64,000 bases of DNA from Flavobacteriales bacterium (GTDB lineage: Bacteria > Bacteroidota > Bacteroidia > Flavobacteriales_F > PHOS-HE28): contig JBATMK010000325.1 of the NCBI GenBank assembly GCA_049289815.1, positions 848 through 64,847 of the forward strand, given 5' to 3'. Within the stretch, counting starts at the first letter, position 1. The number at the start of each line of letters is the position of its first letter. A program made the translations under genes and the position numbers. The notes beneath the pieces are model-generated. The model worked only from the letters and a program-made list of their open reading frames with translations. It did not search any database and was not told where the DNA came from. Below are positions 26,919-36,881 of the stretch, in pieces.

Positions 26919-28163
26919 GTGATCGGGATGAACCACATGACCCGCGATCTGCACCTCTTCACGATGCGCTTTCCCAATGGCATGGGGGAGGCTTACCTGG
27001 AGAACGAGTTGCCGGTGCTGGCGCAGCGCTTCCGTACCGTCACCTTGTTGCCGCTGTTCAGCGATGCGAAAGGTCAGCGCCCGTTGCCGGCGAATGTCGC
27101 GGTGAAGTACGTGGTGTCCGACCCGTATGCGTCGGCATCGGTCCTGAGCAAACTGCAGTATCGCGCGCTCATGAGCGAAGTGATGGGCGAGATCCGCAAG
27201 AGCGCACCGTCGTTGTGGGTCTTCGCGCGGCGTTGGCCCTTGGAGATCAGGCCGCGGTTGAGCCAGGCGCTGCAGCGGGCGCTGGCCCTCAAGCATGCGT
27301 TCGCGCATGGTCACCTGAGCAAGGAAGCGGTGCTGTACAGCTATTGGGCCTACGACTGGCCGATCGCGCTGGGCCTGCTGAAGCGGATGGATCCGGCGCT
27401 CCGGTTCTTGACCCGCATGCATGGCTTCGATCTGTACGCCGAACGGAGCCCCGATGGTTGGTCGGCCTTCCGCGACTTCGTGATGCGCAGTGCCGACGCT
27501 GTGTATGTGCCCAGCCAGGCCGGACTGGACCATCTGCAGGAAACCGCTGCCGAGCATGCGCACAAGGTGGTGTTGAGCCGCATGGGCACCACCGATCACG
27601 GACTGGCACCATGGTCGCCCAGCGGTACGCTGCGTATCGTCAGCTGCAGCAACCTGTTCGCCTTGAAACGGGTGGACCTGTTGGTGGCCGCCTTGAAGCT
27701 GCTGCAACTGCCGGTACACTGGACGCACTTCGGTGAAGGACCCGAGCGCCAACGCCTCGACGATGTGCTGGAGGATCTTCCGCCCAACGTTACCACCGAC
27801 TTCCGTGGCGCAACGCCGAACGCGGAGATCATGCAGTGGTACAAGACGAACCCGGTGGACCTGTTCGTGCACTTGAGCAGCAGCGAAGGCGGTGTGCCGG
27901 TGGCCTTGCAGGAAGCGGCCAGTTTCGGTATCCCATTGTTGGGGGCCGATGCCGGTGGTGTGCGCGAGATCATCGATTCCCACACCGGTTTCCTGTTGGA
28001 AGTGGATCCGGTTGCGGAACGTGTTGCCGAGGTGCTCCGGAAGTTCTCCTACGGCGATGCCGATGTGATGGCCTTCCGCGAAGGGGTCCGCGCACGTTGG
28101 GCTGATGGCTTCCGTGCCCAGGACAACTTCGGCAAGCTCTGCGATCGGTTGATGGCCGTGTAG
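26919..28163 (+). CDS. GT4-like glycosyltransferase (tandem paralogue B)
   Basis: Clear paralogue of 25666..26892 (LENELPVLAQRFRTVTLLPL; EGGVPVALQEAASFGIPLLGADAGGVREII). Confidence 0.6.
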   Translation: MIGMNHMTRDLHLFTMRFPNGMGEAYLENELPVLAQRFRTVTLLPLFSDAKGQRPLPANVAVKYVVSDPYASASVLSKLQYRALMSEVMGEIRKSAPSLWVFARRWPLEIRPRLSQALQRALALKHAFAHGHLSKEAVLYSYWAYDWPIALGLLKRMDPALRFLTRMHGFDLYAERSPDGWSAFRDFVMRSADAVYVPSQAGLDHLQETAAEHAHKVVLSRMGTTDHGLAPWSPSGTLRIVSCSNLFALKRVDLLVAALKLLQLPVHWTHFGEGPERQRLDDVLEDLPPNVTTDFRGATPNAEIMQWYKTNPVDLFVHLSSSEGGVPVALQEAASFGIPLLGADAGGVREIIDSHTGFLLEVDPVAERVAEVLRKFSYGDADVMAFREGVRARWADGFRAQDNFGKLCDRLMAV

Positions 28164-28165
28164 CG

Positions 28166-29599
28166 ATGCTCTTCAACAGTTTCGCCTTCCTCATCTTCTT
28201 CCCGGTCGTCACCATCGGGTACTACCTCTTGCCGTACAAGCAGCGTTGGTGGTGGCTGCTGGGGGCGAGTTGCTGGTTTTACATGGCCTTCGTGCCGGTG
28301 TATATCCTCATCCTCGGCTTCACCATCGGCGTGGATTACCTGGCCGGCATCCTCATCGACAGAACGGAAGGCCGCACGCGCAAGTGGTGGTTGGTGGCCA
28401 GCATCGTTGCGAACGTGGGCGTGCTCGCGTTCTTCAAGTATTTCAACTTCCTCAACCAGAGCATCGCGGCGGTGGTACGCGGAATGGGACTTCCGTACGA
28501 AGTCCCCGATCTCGGTATCCTGCTCCCCATTGGCTTGTCGTTCCACACGTTCCAATCGCTCAGCTATACGATCGAAGTGTACCGCGGGAACCAGAAGCCC
28601 GAGCGGAACCTTGGCGTGTTCGCGCTCTACGTGATGTTCTACCCGCAGTTGGTGGCCGGTCCGATCGAGCGTCCCGGCAACCTGTTGAAACAGCTCGGCA
28701 TGCACTTCGATCCCGATGCCGACAGGATCGCGCACGGTCTCCGGCAGATGGCATGGGGCTTCTTCAAGAAGTTGGTGATCGCCGATCGCTGTGCGGCCAT
28801 CGTGAACATCGTTTACGCCGATCCCGGCCAGCACGACGGATGGACCACGCTGGTGGCCACCTACTTCTTCGCCATACAGATCTACTGCGATTTCAGCGGC
28901 TACACCGACATTGCCCTGGGTGCCGCGCGAACGATGGGCTTCGAGCTGATGGTGAATTTCCGGACGCCGTACCTGAGCAGCAGCATCAGCGAGTTCTGGG
29001 GCCGCTGGCACATCAGCCTCAGCAGCTGGTTCCGTGATTACCTCTACATACCGCTCGGTGGCAACCGGGTAGCCGTGCCGCGTTGGTATTTCAACCTGTT
29101 CGTGGTTTTCCTCATCAGTGGTCTGTGGCACGGCGCCAACTGGACGTACGTGTGCTGGGGGGCGCTGCACGGTGTGTACTTGATCGCTGCCATTGTGTTC
29201 AAGCCTTTCTGGGCGCGGGTTCTGGGCTCGGCCCGGCATCGCGGTTTTCACTGGCTCAACGTATTCCTCACATTCCATCTGGTGGTCATCAGCTGGGTGC
29301 TGTTCCGTGCGGAGAACATCGGCCACGCACAGGGCATCTTCAGCAAGTGGATCAGGTTGGACGGCACCGGTCGTTCGCTCGGTGAGCTCATCACGCAAGT
29401 CAAGCCGGGTCTCTTCGCCATCACCGTTGGTCTCGTGTTGTTGTTCCTGTTCATCGACCCGTGGGTGGACAAGTGGATCAAGCGGGAAGTGAAGGGACCG
29501 TCGCGGCGGTTCGATTACGCCTTCCAAGCCGGGCTTGTGGTGGCTTGCCTGGTCTTCGGGTACTACGGCAGAACCATGTTCATCTACTTCCAGTTCTGA
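28166..29599 (+). CDS. MBOAT family membrane-bound O-acyltransferase (AlgI/DltB-like)
   Basis: 477 aa, multi-TM, with conserved [25 protein letters not shown] and the catalytic His region (GLWHGANW). Confidence 0.85.
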   Translation: [477 protein letters not shown]

Positions 29600-29600
29600 G

Positions 29601-30548
29601 ATGGGCGTGCTTCTCCGCATCCTACGCCAAGCCAGCCTCGTCGGCTTGATCGCGGCGGTCGCGTACATCGCCGTCTTCTTCGTGTTGTGCAATGTGAAGG
29701 CCGGTGACAACGCGTTTGTGTACCGCACGAGCGACGTGTACAACCTGAAGGGCGGCAACACCTACCGGAAATTCCAAGAGTACGATCCGGCGAAGCGCCA
29801 CGATGTGATCGTGATCGGCAGCAGCCACGCGTACCGCGGATACGACCCCGGGATCTTCCGCGAGCAGGGCATCAGCATGTTCAACCTGGGTACCAGTGCG
29901 CAGACACCCATCAACACGTACGCGATCCTGAAGGAGTACATCACCAGCGCGAACTGCGGGTTGGTGCTGCTGGATGTATACGAGGGCGCCATGGCCGCCG
30001 ATGGGTTGGAAAGCACTGCTGACCTGAGCCAGAACATCACCAGCGATGCCGCGGTGCTGCGCATGTTCGCCGCGATCCGGGATCCGCGCATCCTCAACAT
30101 GTTCACCATCCGCAAGATCATGGCCGATTCGCCCCCGGCCTACGTGGACAGCTTTTATGTGGAAGCCGGTTTCAGCACGAAGACCGACAGTGTGAAGGGC
30201 ACCATCGACTACGGCCTGGGCCTGGACCTACATCTTGGCGAACACCAGACCGAGTACCTGGCGAAGTGCATCCGGCTCTGCCAGGAACGCGGCATTCCGA
30301 TCGTCCTCGTGTCGTACCCGCTTCCGAAGGCCGGCAACCGTGGGCGACACGAAGCCTTCCATGCCGTGATAGACAGCGTTTGCAAAGTCACTGGAGCGGG
30401 ATACCTCGACTATGCTTTCGATCACGGCCTGCCCTTGGACGACCGCCAACACTATTACGATCACAACCACTTCAATCGTGCCGGGGTACGCATCTTCAAC
30501 CCGAAGCTGATCGGGGACCTGCGCAAGAGGGGATATCCGGGCAGCTAG
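29601..30548 (+). CDS. MBOAT partner protein (AlgJ/AlgX/DltD-like SGNH-type O-acyltransfer accessory)
   Basis: N-terminal TM anchor followed by a periplasmic domain with HDVIVIGSSHAYRG (SGNH-like Ser block). Starts 2 nt after the MBOAT stop. Confidence 0.5.
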   Translation: MGVLLRILRQASLVGLIAAVAYIAVFFVLCNVKAGDNAFVYRTSDVYNLKGGNTYRKFQEYDPAKRHDVIVIGSSHAYRGYDPGIFREQGISMFNLGTSAQTPINTYAILKEYITSANCGLVLLDVYEGAMAADGLESTADLSQNITSDAAVLRMFAAIRDPRILNMFTIRKIMADSPPAYVDSFYVEAGFSTKTDSVKGTIDYGLGLDLHLGEHQTEYLAKCIRLCQERGIPIVLVSYPLPKAGNRGRHEAFHAVIDSVCKVTGAGYLDYAFDHGLPLDDRQHYYDHNHFNRAGVRIFNPKLIGDLRKRGYPGS

Positions 30549-30592
30549 CCCGCCAAGCAGGCCCCGCCTACATTCGCGGCCCCTGTAGGCCA

Positions 30593-31618
30593 ATGCCCCA
30601 CACGGTCGGGCGGCGGCGAACGATCACTGTGAGAATATCCATCATCATTCCTTGCTGGAACGTTGAGGCCTTGTTGCCGGCCACGCTGGACAGCGTGCTT
30701 GCGCAGGAGCACAGCGATTGGGAGATCATTGCCGTGGATGATGGTAGTACGGACGGCACACCCGCCGTGCTGGAACGCTACGTGGGGAATACCGGTGGCA
30801 GGATGCAGGTGCTCAAGCAGTTGAACCAGGGTGCGTGCGCTGCGCGCAATGCAGGCATGGCCCTGGCTACGGGTGAATGGTTGCAGTTCCTGGATGCCGA
30901 CGATGTGCTGGACCCGGGGAAGTTGAGCGGGCAGGTGGAGTTGTTGAAGTCGTCCTTCGACCCCTCGACAAGCTCGTGGCAGGCTCAGCTCCGGATGACA
31001 GCGCATAGCGGGCCAGCATTGATCGTGGGCGACTACGAGAAGATCATGCCCAACGGCCTGCTCTTACCCACCGAGGCGTTGTACGATGATCCATGGATGG
31101 CGCTCATCCGCACGCGCATGGGAACCACCAGCGCCAACCTGTGGCGCAAGGCCGAAGTGGAACGCGCAGGTGGCTGGCGTACCGATCTGGCCAGCAGCCA
31201 GGATTATGAGCTCATGTTCCGCCTGTTGCGTGATGGGGCAGGGGTGCTGTGGGACAAGCGCATCGCCACACATGTGCTCAAGCGCACCAGCGGCAGCATC
31301 AGCCTGATGAGCGTGCAGGACAACTGGAGGCGGTACATTGCTCTGCGCCGCGCCATGAAGGACCATCTGAAAGCCACCGATGCCCAGCGCTACCGTCAGG
31401 AGATAGCGGTGCTCGACCAGTATCTGTTCATGGCGATCCGCATCCTGGCCATGTATGACATGAAAGAAGCCGTGCGTGAGTTCCGTGCTGCCATCAGCAA
31501 GGGCTTCCGTCCGGATGTGAGCAAGGCCATCACGGAGAAGTACGTGTTCCTGTTCAACCTCTTCGGGTTCGCCAATGCCGAGCGGCTGGTGCGCTGGAGA
31601 AAAGGTGCGCACGCATGA
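30593..31618 (+). CDS. Glycosyltransferase family 2
   Basis: RISIIIPCWNVEALLPATLDSVLAQ...EIIAVDDGSTDGT...LDADD. Start is the ATG at 30593 or the GTG at 30629. Confidence 0.75.
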   Translation: MPHTVGRRRTITVRISIIIPCWNVEALLPATLDSVLAQEHSDWEIIAVDDGSTDGTPAVLERYVGNTGGRMQVLKQLNQGACAARNAGMALATGEWLQFLDADDVLDPGKLSGQVELLKSSFDPSTSSWQAQLRMTAHSGPALIVGDYEKIMPNGLLLPTEALYDDPWMALIRTRMGTTSANLWRKAEVERAGGWRTDLASSQDYELMFRLLRDGAGVLWDKRIATHVLKRTSGSISLMSVQDNWRRYIALRRAMKDHLKATDAQRYRQEIAVLDQYLFMAIRILAMYDMKEAVREFRAAISKGFRPDVSKAITEKYVFLFNLFGFANAERLVRWRKGAHA

Positions 31619-32208
31619 TCCGCAGCAGAGCTGACTACAACGCGTACCTCGATGCGGATCGCATCGCGCTGCGCCGTGAGCACAGCATACACCAGTGGTA
31701 CGATGAAGTGTGGAAATTCCAACGGCTGCTGCGGCGGGTGGAGTTCCTGATGAACACGCGCAAACACGCGGGCGTGCTCGGCAGACTGGTGTACAAGTTC
31801 TGGAGCCTGCGCTTCCACAACCAGAGCGTGCGCTGCGGGTTCGACATCCCACCCAATGCCTTCGGCCCCGGCCTGAGCATCGCGCACCGCGGTACCATCG
31901 TGGTGCATCCGGATGCGCGCATCGGGCGCAACTGCCGCATCCACGTGGACGTTGTCATCGGCACACGGCCCGGGCCCAAGGACCTGGTGCCCACGCTGGG
32001 TGACAACTGCTACATCGGCCCCGGCGCGAAGATCTTCGGCGAGATCATCATCGGCCCCAACACGGCCATCGGCGCCAACAGCGTGGTGAACCATTCCTTC
32101 CCGGAGGGCAACATGACCATTGCCGGTGCGCCCGCGCGAAAGGTCAGCGACACGCCGAGCACCGAGTTCATCATCGCCACGCGCAGCAGCAACCAGGTGC
32201 TGGGATGA
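31615..32208 (+). CDS. Hexapeptide-repeat (LbH) sugar O-acetyltransferase (CysE/WbbJ-like)
   Basis: Tandem hexapeptide repeats: RIGRNCRIHVDVVIGTRP...CYIGPGAKIFGEIIIGPNTAIGANSVV. Confidence 0.75.
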   Translation: MIRSRADYNAYLDADRIALRREHSIHQWYDEVWKFQRLLRRVEFLMNTRKHAGVLGRLVYKFWSLRFHNQSVRCGFDIPPNAFGPGLSIAHRGTIVVHPDARIGRNCRIHVDVVIGTRPGPKDLVPTLGDNCYIGPGAKIFGEIIIGPNTAIGANSVVNHSFPEGNMTIAGAPARKVSDTPSTEFIIATRSSNQVLG

Positions 32209-33338
32209 AGAAGCTGTTGATCGTGGTGGGCACGCGGCCCAACTTCATCAAGGTAACGCGGTTCAAGCAGGTGGCCATCGAACGCGGTGGCATCGATGTC
32301 CGGATCGTGCACACCGGCCAACACTTCAGCAGCAACATGGCCGATGTGTTCTTCACACAGTTCGGGCTTTCGCCGGATATCTTCCTGGAGATCGGTGCCG
32401 GAACGCCGCTGGGCCAGATGGCCGGCATCATGGAAAAGTTGGAGCCTGTGGCGCTACGCGAACAGCCCGATTTGATGATGGTGGTGGGCGACGTGAACAG
32501 CACGTTGGCCGCCGCCCTGGTAGCCAACAAGCTGGGCATACCGCTAGCGCACCTGGAAAGCGGCCTGCGCAGTTCCGACAACACGATGCCCGAAGAGCAC
32601 AACCGCGTGCTCACCGACCGGATCACCGATCACTTCTTCATCACAGAGCAGAGCGGGCTGGACAATCTTCGGAAGGAAGCGGTAGCCGTGGATCGGCTGC
32701 ACTTCGTGGGCAACACCATGATCGATACGCTGGTTGCTTTCGAGGAAGGTGTGATGGCCTCGCCGATCCTGGACGAGTTGAAGCTGGGAGCCGGAGGTCA
32801 CATTCTCATGACCATCCATCGGCCGGCCACTGTGGATGTCGAAGACCGATTGGGAGAGCTGCTCGACCTGATCGCGGAAGTCGCGGCAAAAAGGAAGGTC
32901 GTGTTCCCGATCCATCCCCGTACGGTGAAGAACCTGGAGCGCTTCGGACTGAAGCAGAAGGCGGAAGGGATCAAGGGCCTTGTGCTCACCGAGCCCTTGG
33001 ATTACTTCGCCTTCCAGAAGCTCATAGCCAGCTGCGCCTTCATCATCACCGACAGTGGCGGCATCCAGGAAGAAAGCACGTATCGCCGCGTTCCTTGCCT
33101 CACCCTGCGCCCGAACACGGAGCGTCCCATCACGGTGACCATGGGTAGTAACGAACTCGTGCCTTTGGATATGAAAGCCGTGCGCAATGCGATCGCACGC
33201 ATTGAAGCCGGGACGTTCAAGAAAGGTGAAGTGCCGCCGCTTTGGGATGGAAAGGCGACGGAACGGATATTCGATGTTCTGGAGCGCGTACTGACCTCAC
33301 CCCCAGCCCCTCTCCCAAGGAGAGGGGGGCAGGCATGA
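32205..33338 (+). CDS. wecB: UDP-N-acetylglucosamine 2-epimerase (non-hydrolysing)
   Basis: MKKLLIVVGTRPNFIKV...MMVVGDVNSTLAAALVANKLGIPLAHLESGLRS...DSGGIQEES. Full-length, 377 aa. Confidence 0.85.
   Translation: MKKLLIVVGTRPNFIKVTRFKQVAIERGGIDVRIVHTGQHFSSNMADVFFTQFGLSPDIFLEIGAGTPLGQMAGIMEKLEPVALREQPDLMMVVGDVNSTLAAALVANKLGIPLAHLESGLRSSDNTMPEEHNRVLTDRITDHFFITEQSGLDNLRKEAVAVDRLHFVGNTMIDTLVAFEEGVMASPILDELKLGAGGHILMTIHRPATVDVEDRLGELLDLIAEVAAKRKVVFPIHPRTVKNLERFGLKQKAEGIKGLVLTEPLDYFAFQKLIASCAFIITDSGGIQEESTYRRVPCLTLRPNTERPITVTMGSNELVPLDMKAVRNAIARIEAGTFKKGEVPPLWDGKATERIFDVLERVLTSPPAPLPRRGGQA
33296..33320. repeat. Palindromic element CCCCTCTCC-caa-GGAGAGGGG (copy 1)
   Basis: A 9-bp perfect stem embedded in the last codons of wecB and the first codons of the next gene. 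A near-identical palindrome recurs at 55866..55890. Confidence 0.5.
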
Positions 33339-34465
33339 TCCTCTACCTCACTTACAACGATCAGCCCAGTGGCGTTTACTGGAGCCAGGTGACTGACGTT
33401 GTGGAGCACCTGAACGCGCTTGGTGGAAAGGTGAAGCTGGTGGCGTTGGTAAGCGGGCGTGACTTCCTCAGCACGCGTCGCGCCATTAAGGCGCACTCAC
33501 CGAGCGCGTGGGTTTTGCCGATGGTGCCCACGATGAAGCGGTGGAGGATGAACTCGAGGATCATCGCAGGCGTGTGCCGTTTTCTCCGGCCCGTTGGAAT
33601 GATCTGTCGCGGACCGTTCGCCACATGGATGGCCGTTCGCATGCGGGACCGTGGGCTGGTGAAGAAAGTCTGCTTCGATGGCCGCGGCGCCTATGCCGCC
33701 GAGTGGGAAGAATACCGCATCATCGACGATGACGCCTTGATCGCACAGTTCAGGCCGTTGGAGAACGAGGCGGTGAACACGAGCGACTTCCGCATAGCCG
33801 TCAGCAACGCACTGGTGGCGCATTGGCGGGAGCGGTATGGATACATCGGGGATGCGCATGTGGTGGTGCCTTGCACATTGGGGGTCGATACCGAGGTCGG
33901 CGGCGCGAGCAGTGTTGAACCAACGGGCCGACCGACCGATCCGGGAACGGTCCGTTTGGCCTACAGTGGCAGCACTGCCGGCTGGCAGTCGTTCGAATTG
34001 TTGGAGAAGTTGCTGGCCAAGGTGCTGGATACCCAGCCGGAGGCCAGGGTGTTGTTCCTGAGCAAGCATGATGCGCATACGGCCCAATTGGAAAAGAAGT
34101 ATCCCGGTCGTGTTGAAGTGAAGTGGCTGGACCACGCGCAGGTAAAGACAGCGTTGGAAAGTTGCGACCATGGCATCATGGTGCGCGAGAACACCATCAC
34201 CAACCAGGTCGCCAGTCCAACCAAGTTCGCCGAGTACCTCAGCAGCGGGCTCCGGATCATCACCAACGATGGTCTTGGCGATTTCAGCGAACTCGTGAAG
34301 AAGTACGATCTGGGTGTGGTGCTGGATGCCAGCGGTACGGTGCCACAACTCTCGCCGACGACGGTGGAAGAGCGGGCAAGGCTGAGGTCTTTCGCCTCAG
34401 CTCATTTCACCAAGAGGGCTTACGAGAACCAATTCCAGCGGTTGCTGGGCGCGGTGAGTGCCTGA
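33335..34465 (+). CDS. GT4-like glycosyltransferase (divergent)
   Basis: C-terminal SPTKFAEYLSSGLRIITND resembles the GT4 EX7E region. Start refined to MILYLTYND at 33335 (ATGA overlap with wecB). Confidence 0.45.
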   Translation: MILYLTYNDQPSGVYWSQVTDVVEHLNALGGKVKLVALVSGRDFLSTRRAIKAHSPSAWVLPMVPTMKRWRMNSRIIAGVCRFLRPVGMICRGPFATWMAVRMRDRGLVKKVCFDGRGAYAAEWEEYRIIDDDALIAQFRPLENEAVNTSDFRIAVSNALVAHWRERYGYIGDAHVVVPCTLGVDTEVGGASSVEPTGRPTDPGTVRLAYSGSTAGWQSFELLEKLLAKVLDTQPEARVLFLSKHDAHTAQLEKKYPGRVEVKWLDHAQVKTALESCDHGIMVRENTITNQVASPTKFAEYLSSGLRIITNDGLGDFSELVKKYDLGVVLDASGTVPQLSPTTVEERARLRSFASAHFTKRAYENQFQRLLGAVSA

Positions 34466-34490
34466 ACGCAAGGACTACTTTCGCGGGCCT

Positions 34491-35414
34491 ATGTTGAAGA
34501 AAGTCCTCATCACCGGCGGCGCCGGCTTCATCGGCAGCGCGCTCAGCAAGCATTTGCAGGAGGAAGGTCACGAAGTGTTGGTTCTTGACAACCTGAGTTT
34601 CGGTCGTCGTGACCTGGCCGGTGTACCCGATACCCGGTTCTTCAACGTGGACATACGCGATCGCGCGGCCACGCAACAGGTGATGGACGACACGCGACCG
34701 AACATCGTGCTGCACTTGGCGGCCATCCACTTCATCCCATACTGTAACCAGCATCCGGCGGAAGCGGCCGACATCAACATCAACGGCACCATCAACGTGC
34801 TGGAGGCCGCAGGAAGCAAAGGGAGCGTGGAGCAGGTGTTCGTGGCGAGTACGGCCGCCGTGTATCCCATTGCCGATGGCGCGATGGACGAGGAACAAGC
34901 GACCGGCCCGATGGACATCTATGGCACCACGAAACTTGCCACGGAGAAGCTGGCGAGCGAATTCCATCTGCGTACCAAGATGCCGGTGATCGTGGGTCGT
35001 TTCTTCAATGCCTTCGGACCGAACGAGACGAACCCGCACCTCTTCCCCGAGATCCAGAAGCAGGTGCTCGGTGGGGCGCGCACATTGAAGCTCGGGAACC
35101 TGGACCCCAAGCGCGATTACATACATACCGAGGACATGAGCCGGGCGATGAGCGCCTTGCTGGCCATGGGTAACAAGGGGTACGACACCTTCAACATCGG
35201 GCGTGGCATCGAGTACAGTGTGCGGGAGATCGTCGAAGCGTTCGAGCGGCAGCTCGGCGAGAAACTCAGCATCGAGGTGGAGCCGGCCCGCGTGCGGAAA
35301 GTCGAGCGCATGCACCTGCTCGCCGACGTGCGCAAGTTGAAGAGCGCCACGGGTTGGGCCCCGAAATGGGACATCGACGAAGGCGTTGCAACCCTCTTGA
35401 AGGAGGAGCTTTGA
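34491..35414 (+). CDS. NAD-dependent epimerase/dehydratase family protein
   Basis: Rossmann GGAGFIGS, catalytic YGTTKLATEKL (YxxxK). Start refined to MLKKVLITGGAGF. Confidence 0.8.
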   Translation: MLKKVLITGGAGFIGSALSKHLQEEGHEVLVLDNLSFGRRDLAGVPDTRFFNVDIRDRAATQQVMDDTRPNIVLHLAAIHFIPYCNQHPAEAADININGTINVLEAAGSKGSVEQVFVASTAAVYPIADGAMDEEQATGPMDIYGTTKLATEKLASEFHLRTKMPVIVGRFFNAFGPNETNPHLFPEIQKQVLGGARTLKLGNLDPKRDYIHTEDMSRAMSALLAMGNKGYDTFNIGRGIEYSVREIVEAFERQLGEKLSIEVEPARVRKVERMHLLADVRKLKSATGWAPKWDIDEGVATLLKEEL

Positions 35415-35423
35415 AGGTTCAGT

Positions 35424-36530
35424 ATGCACGTTGTCCTTTGCACTGACGGCATCTATCCGCACGCCATGGGCGGCATGCAGCGGCATTCGCGGTTGCTGGC
35501 CGAGCACCTGGCGAAGAGCGGTAAGGTGAAGCTGACCGTCATCCATCCGCACGTGCAACACGTGTTCGATGCTGCGCTCGGCATTGCGGAGGTGCGTATT
35601 GCGGATATCGATCGGAGCAAGTTCTACCTGCGTGAATTGTGGCGTTACAGCGATCGGGTCGGGGAGCAGTTGGAGGAGTTGAAGCCCGATGTGATCCTCT
35701 CCCAGGGCTACTGCGTGTGGAAGGGCATCGGGCGGTTCAGCGATCGGCTGGTCACGCACCCGCATGGGTTGGAGATGTTCCAGATGCTCACGTGGAAGGA
35801 GCGCTTTCTCGGCTGGCCGTTCCGCGCATCGTTGCGGTTCATTCTCCGGCACAGCAAGGTCTGTGTTTCGCTGGGCGGCAAACTCACCGCCATCCTTCGC
35901 GAACAAGTGAAGGGCACGCCGTGCGAAGTCGTGGTGCTGCCGAACGCGGTGGAAGTACCAGCGGTCCCAAGTGGGTTACCGGCGAACAAGGGGGTCGGCC
36001 TCCTCTTCGTGGGCCGTTTCGCCTTCAACAAAGGCTTGGATGTTCTGATGACCGTGGCCGAACGCCTGGTCCAGGAAGGCAAACAGGATCTTGTCCGTTT
36101 CGACCTCGCTGGCGACGGTCCCTTGCTTGCGCAGTACCAACAAGCCGGTCTGCCACCGAATGTGCGGTTGCTGGGCCGGGTGGACGATGCACAACTCGCG
36201 GAACTATACAAGGCCTGCAGCGCGTTCATCCTGCCCACACGCTTCGAAGGCATGCCTACCGTGGTGCTGGAAGCCATGGCATACGGAAAGCCCATCATCG
36301 TAAGCGAGGTGGGCGCAACAGCCGAACTCGTTTCACCGCACAACGGCTATCTGTTGCCACCGGGAGATGCCCACGCGCTGTACGATGCCGTGGTCGCTTT
36401 CGCTGCCCGCGAACCGGCGATACATGCCAAGATGGGCCGCTACAGTTACGATCGCATCCTCGAACGCTTCAGCTGGCACGCTGTCACCAAGGACTTCGTC
36501 GCGTTGTTCACCCGTATCGCGGCGGGCTGA
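35424..36530 (+). CDS. Glycosyltransferase family 4
   Basis: PTRFEGMPTVVLEAMAYGKPIIVSEVGATAELV EX7E motif. Confidence 0.8.
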   Translation: MHVVLCTDGIYPHAMGGMQRHSRLLAEHLAKSGKVKLTVIHPHVQHVFDAALGIAEVRIADIDRSKFYLRELWRYSDRVGEQLEELKPDVILSQGYCVWKGIGRFSDRLVTHPHGLEMFQMLTWKERFLGWPFRASLRFILRHSKVCVSLGGKLTAILREQVKGTPCEVVVLPNAVEVPAVPSGLPANKGVGLLFVGRFAFNKGLDVLMTVAERLVQEGKQDLVRFDLAGDGPLLAQYQQAGLPPNVRLLGRVDDAQLAELYKACSAFILPTRFEGMPTVVLEAMAYGKPIIVSEVGATAELVSPHNGYLLPPGDAHALYDAVVAFAAREPAIHAKMGRYSYDRILERFSWHAVTKDFVALFTRIAAG

Positions 36531-36539
36531 ACCGACAGG

Positions 36540-36863
36540 TCAGCGACGCGCGCCAATGACGTCCCGGAGCAACCGGTCGGTGATCCCGCTCAGCAGGTAG
36601 GGACGGGGATCGAAGCTGTTGCCGACCTGGATCCGGCGTTCGCCGGTAAGCAGGGGCAGCAAGCCTTTTGCAACGGCGTCCACCGGCATCGTGTCGCCCA
36701 AGTGCTGCTGTATGATGTGCCGTGAAAGACCACCTGGCTCACCGATGTGCAGGATCGGTGTGTGCAAGCAGGCGATCTCGTTGAACTTGGTGCTGACGAA
36801 ATCGCGTTTCTCCGGTGGCATGTACGCGAGCACAAGGTCAACGCGATGGATCATCGGGAACAA
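36540..36863 (-). pseudogene. Truncated duplicate of the C-terminal third of the adjacent gene 36882..38156 (gene remnant)
   Basis: The 107-aa ORF aligns residue-for-residue with the C-terminus of the neighbouring 424-aa protein (LAYMPPEKRDFVSTKFNEIACLHTPILHIGEPGG vs LAFMPREKKDLVTTKLNEIAYLGTPILHIGDAGG). It lacks the N-terminal two-thirds. Confidence 0.5.
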
Positions 36864-36881
36864 TGCTATGCCCGGCAGCGG

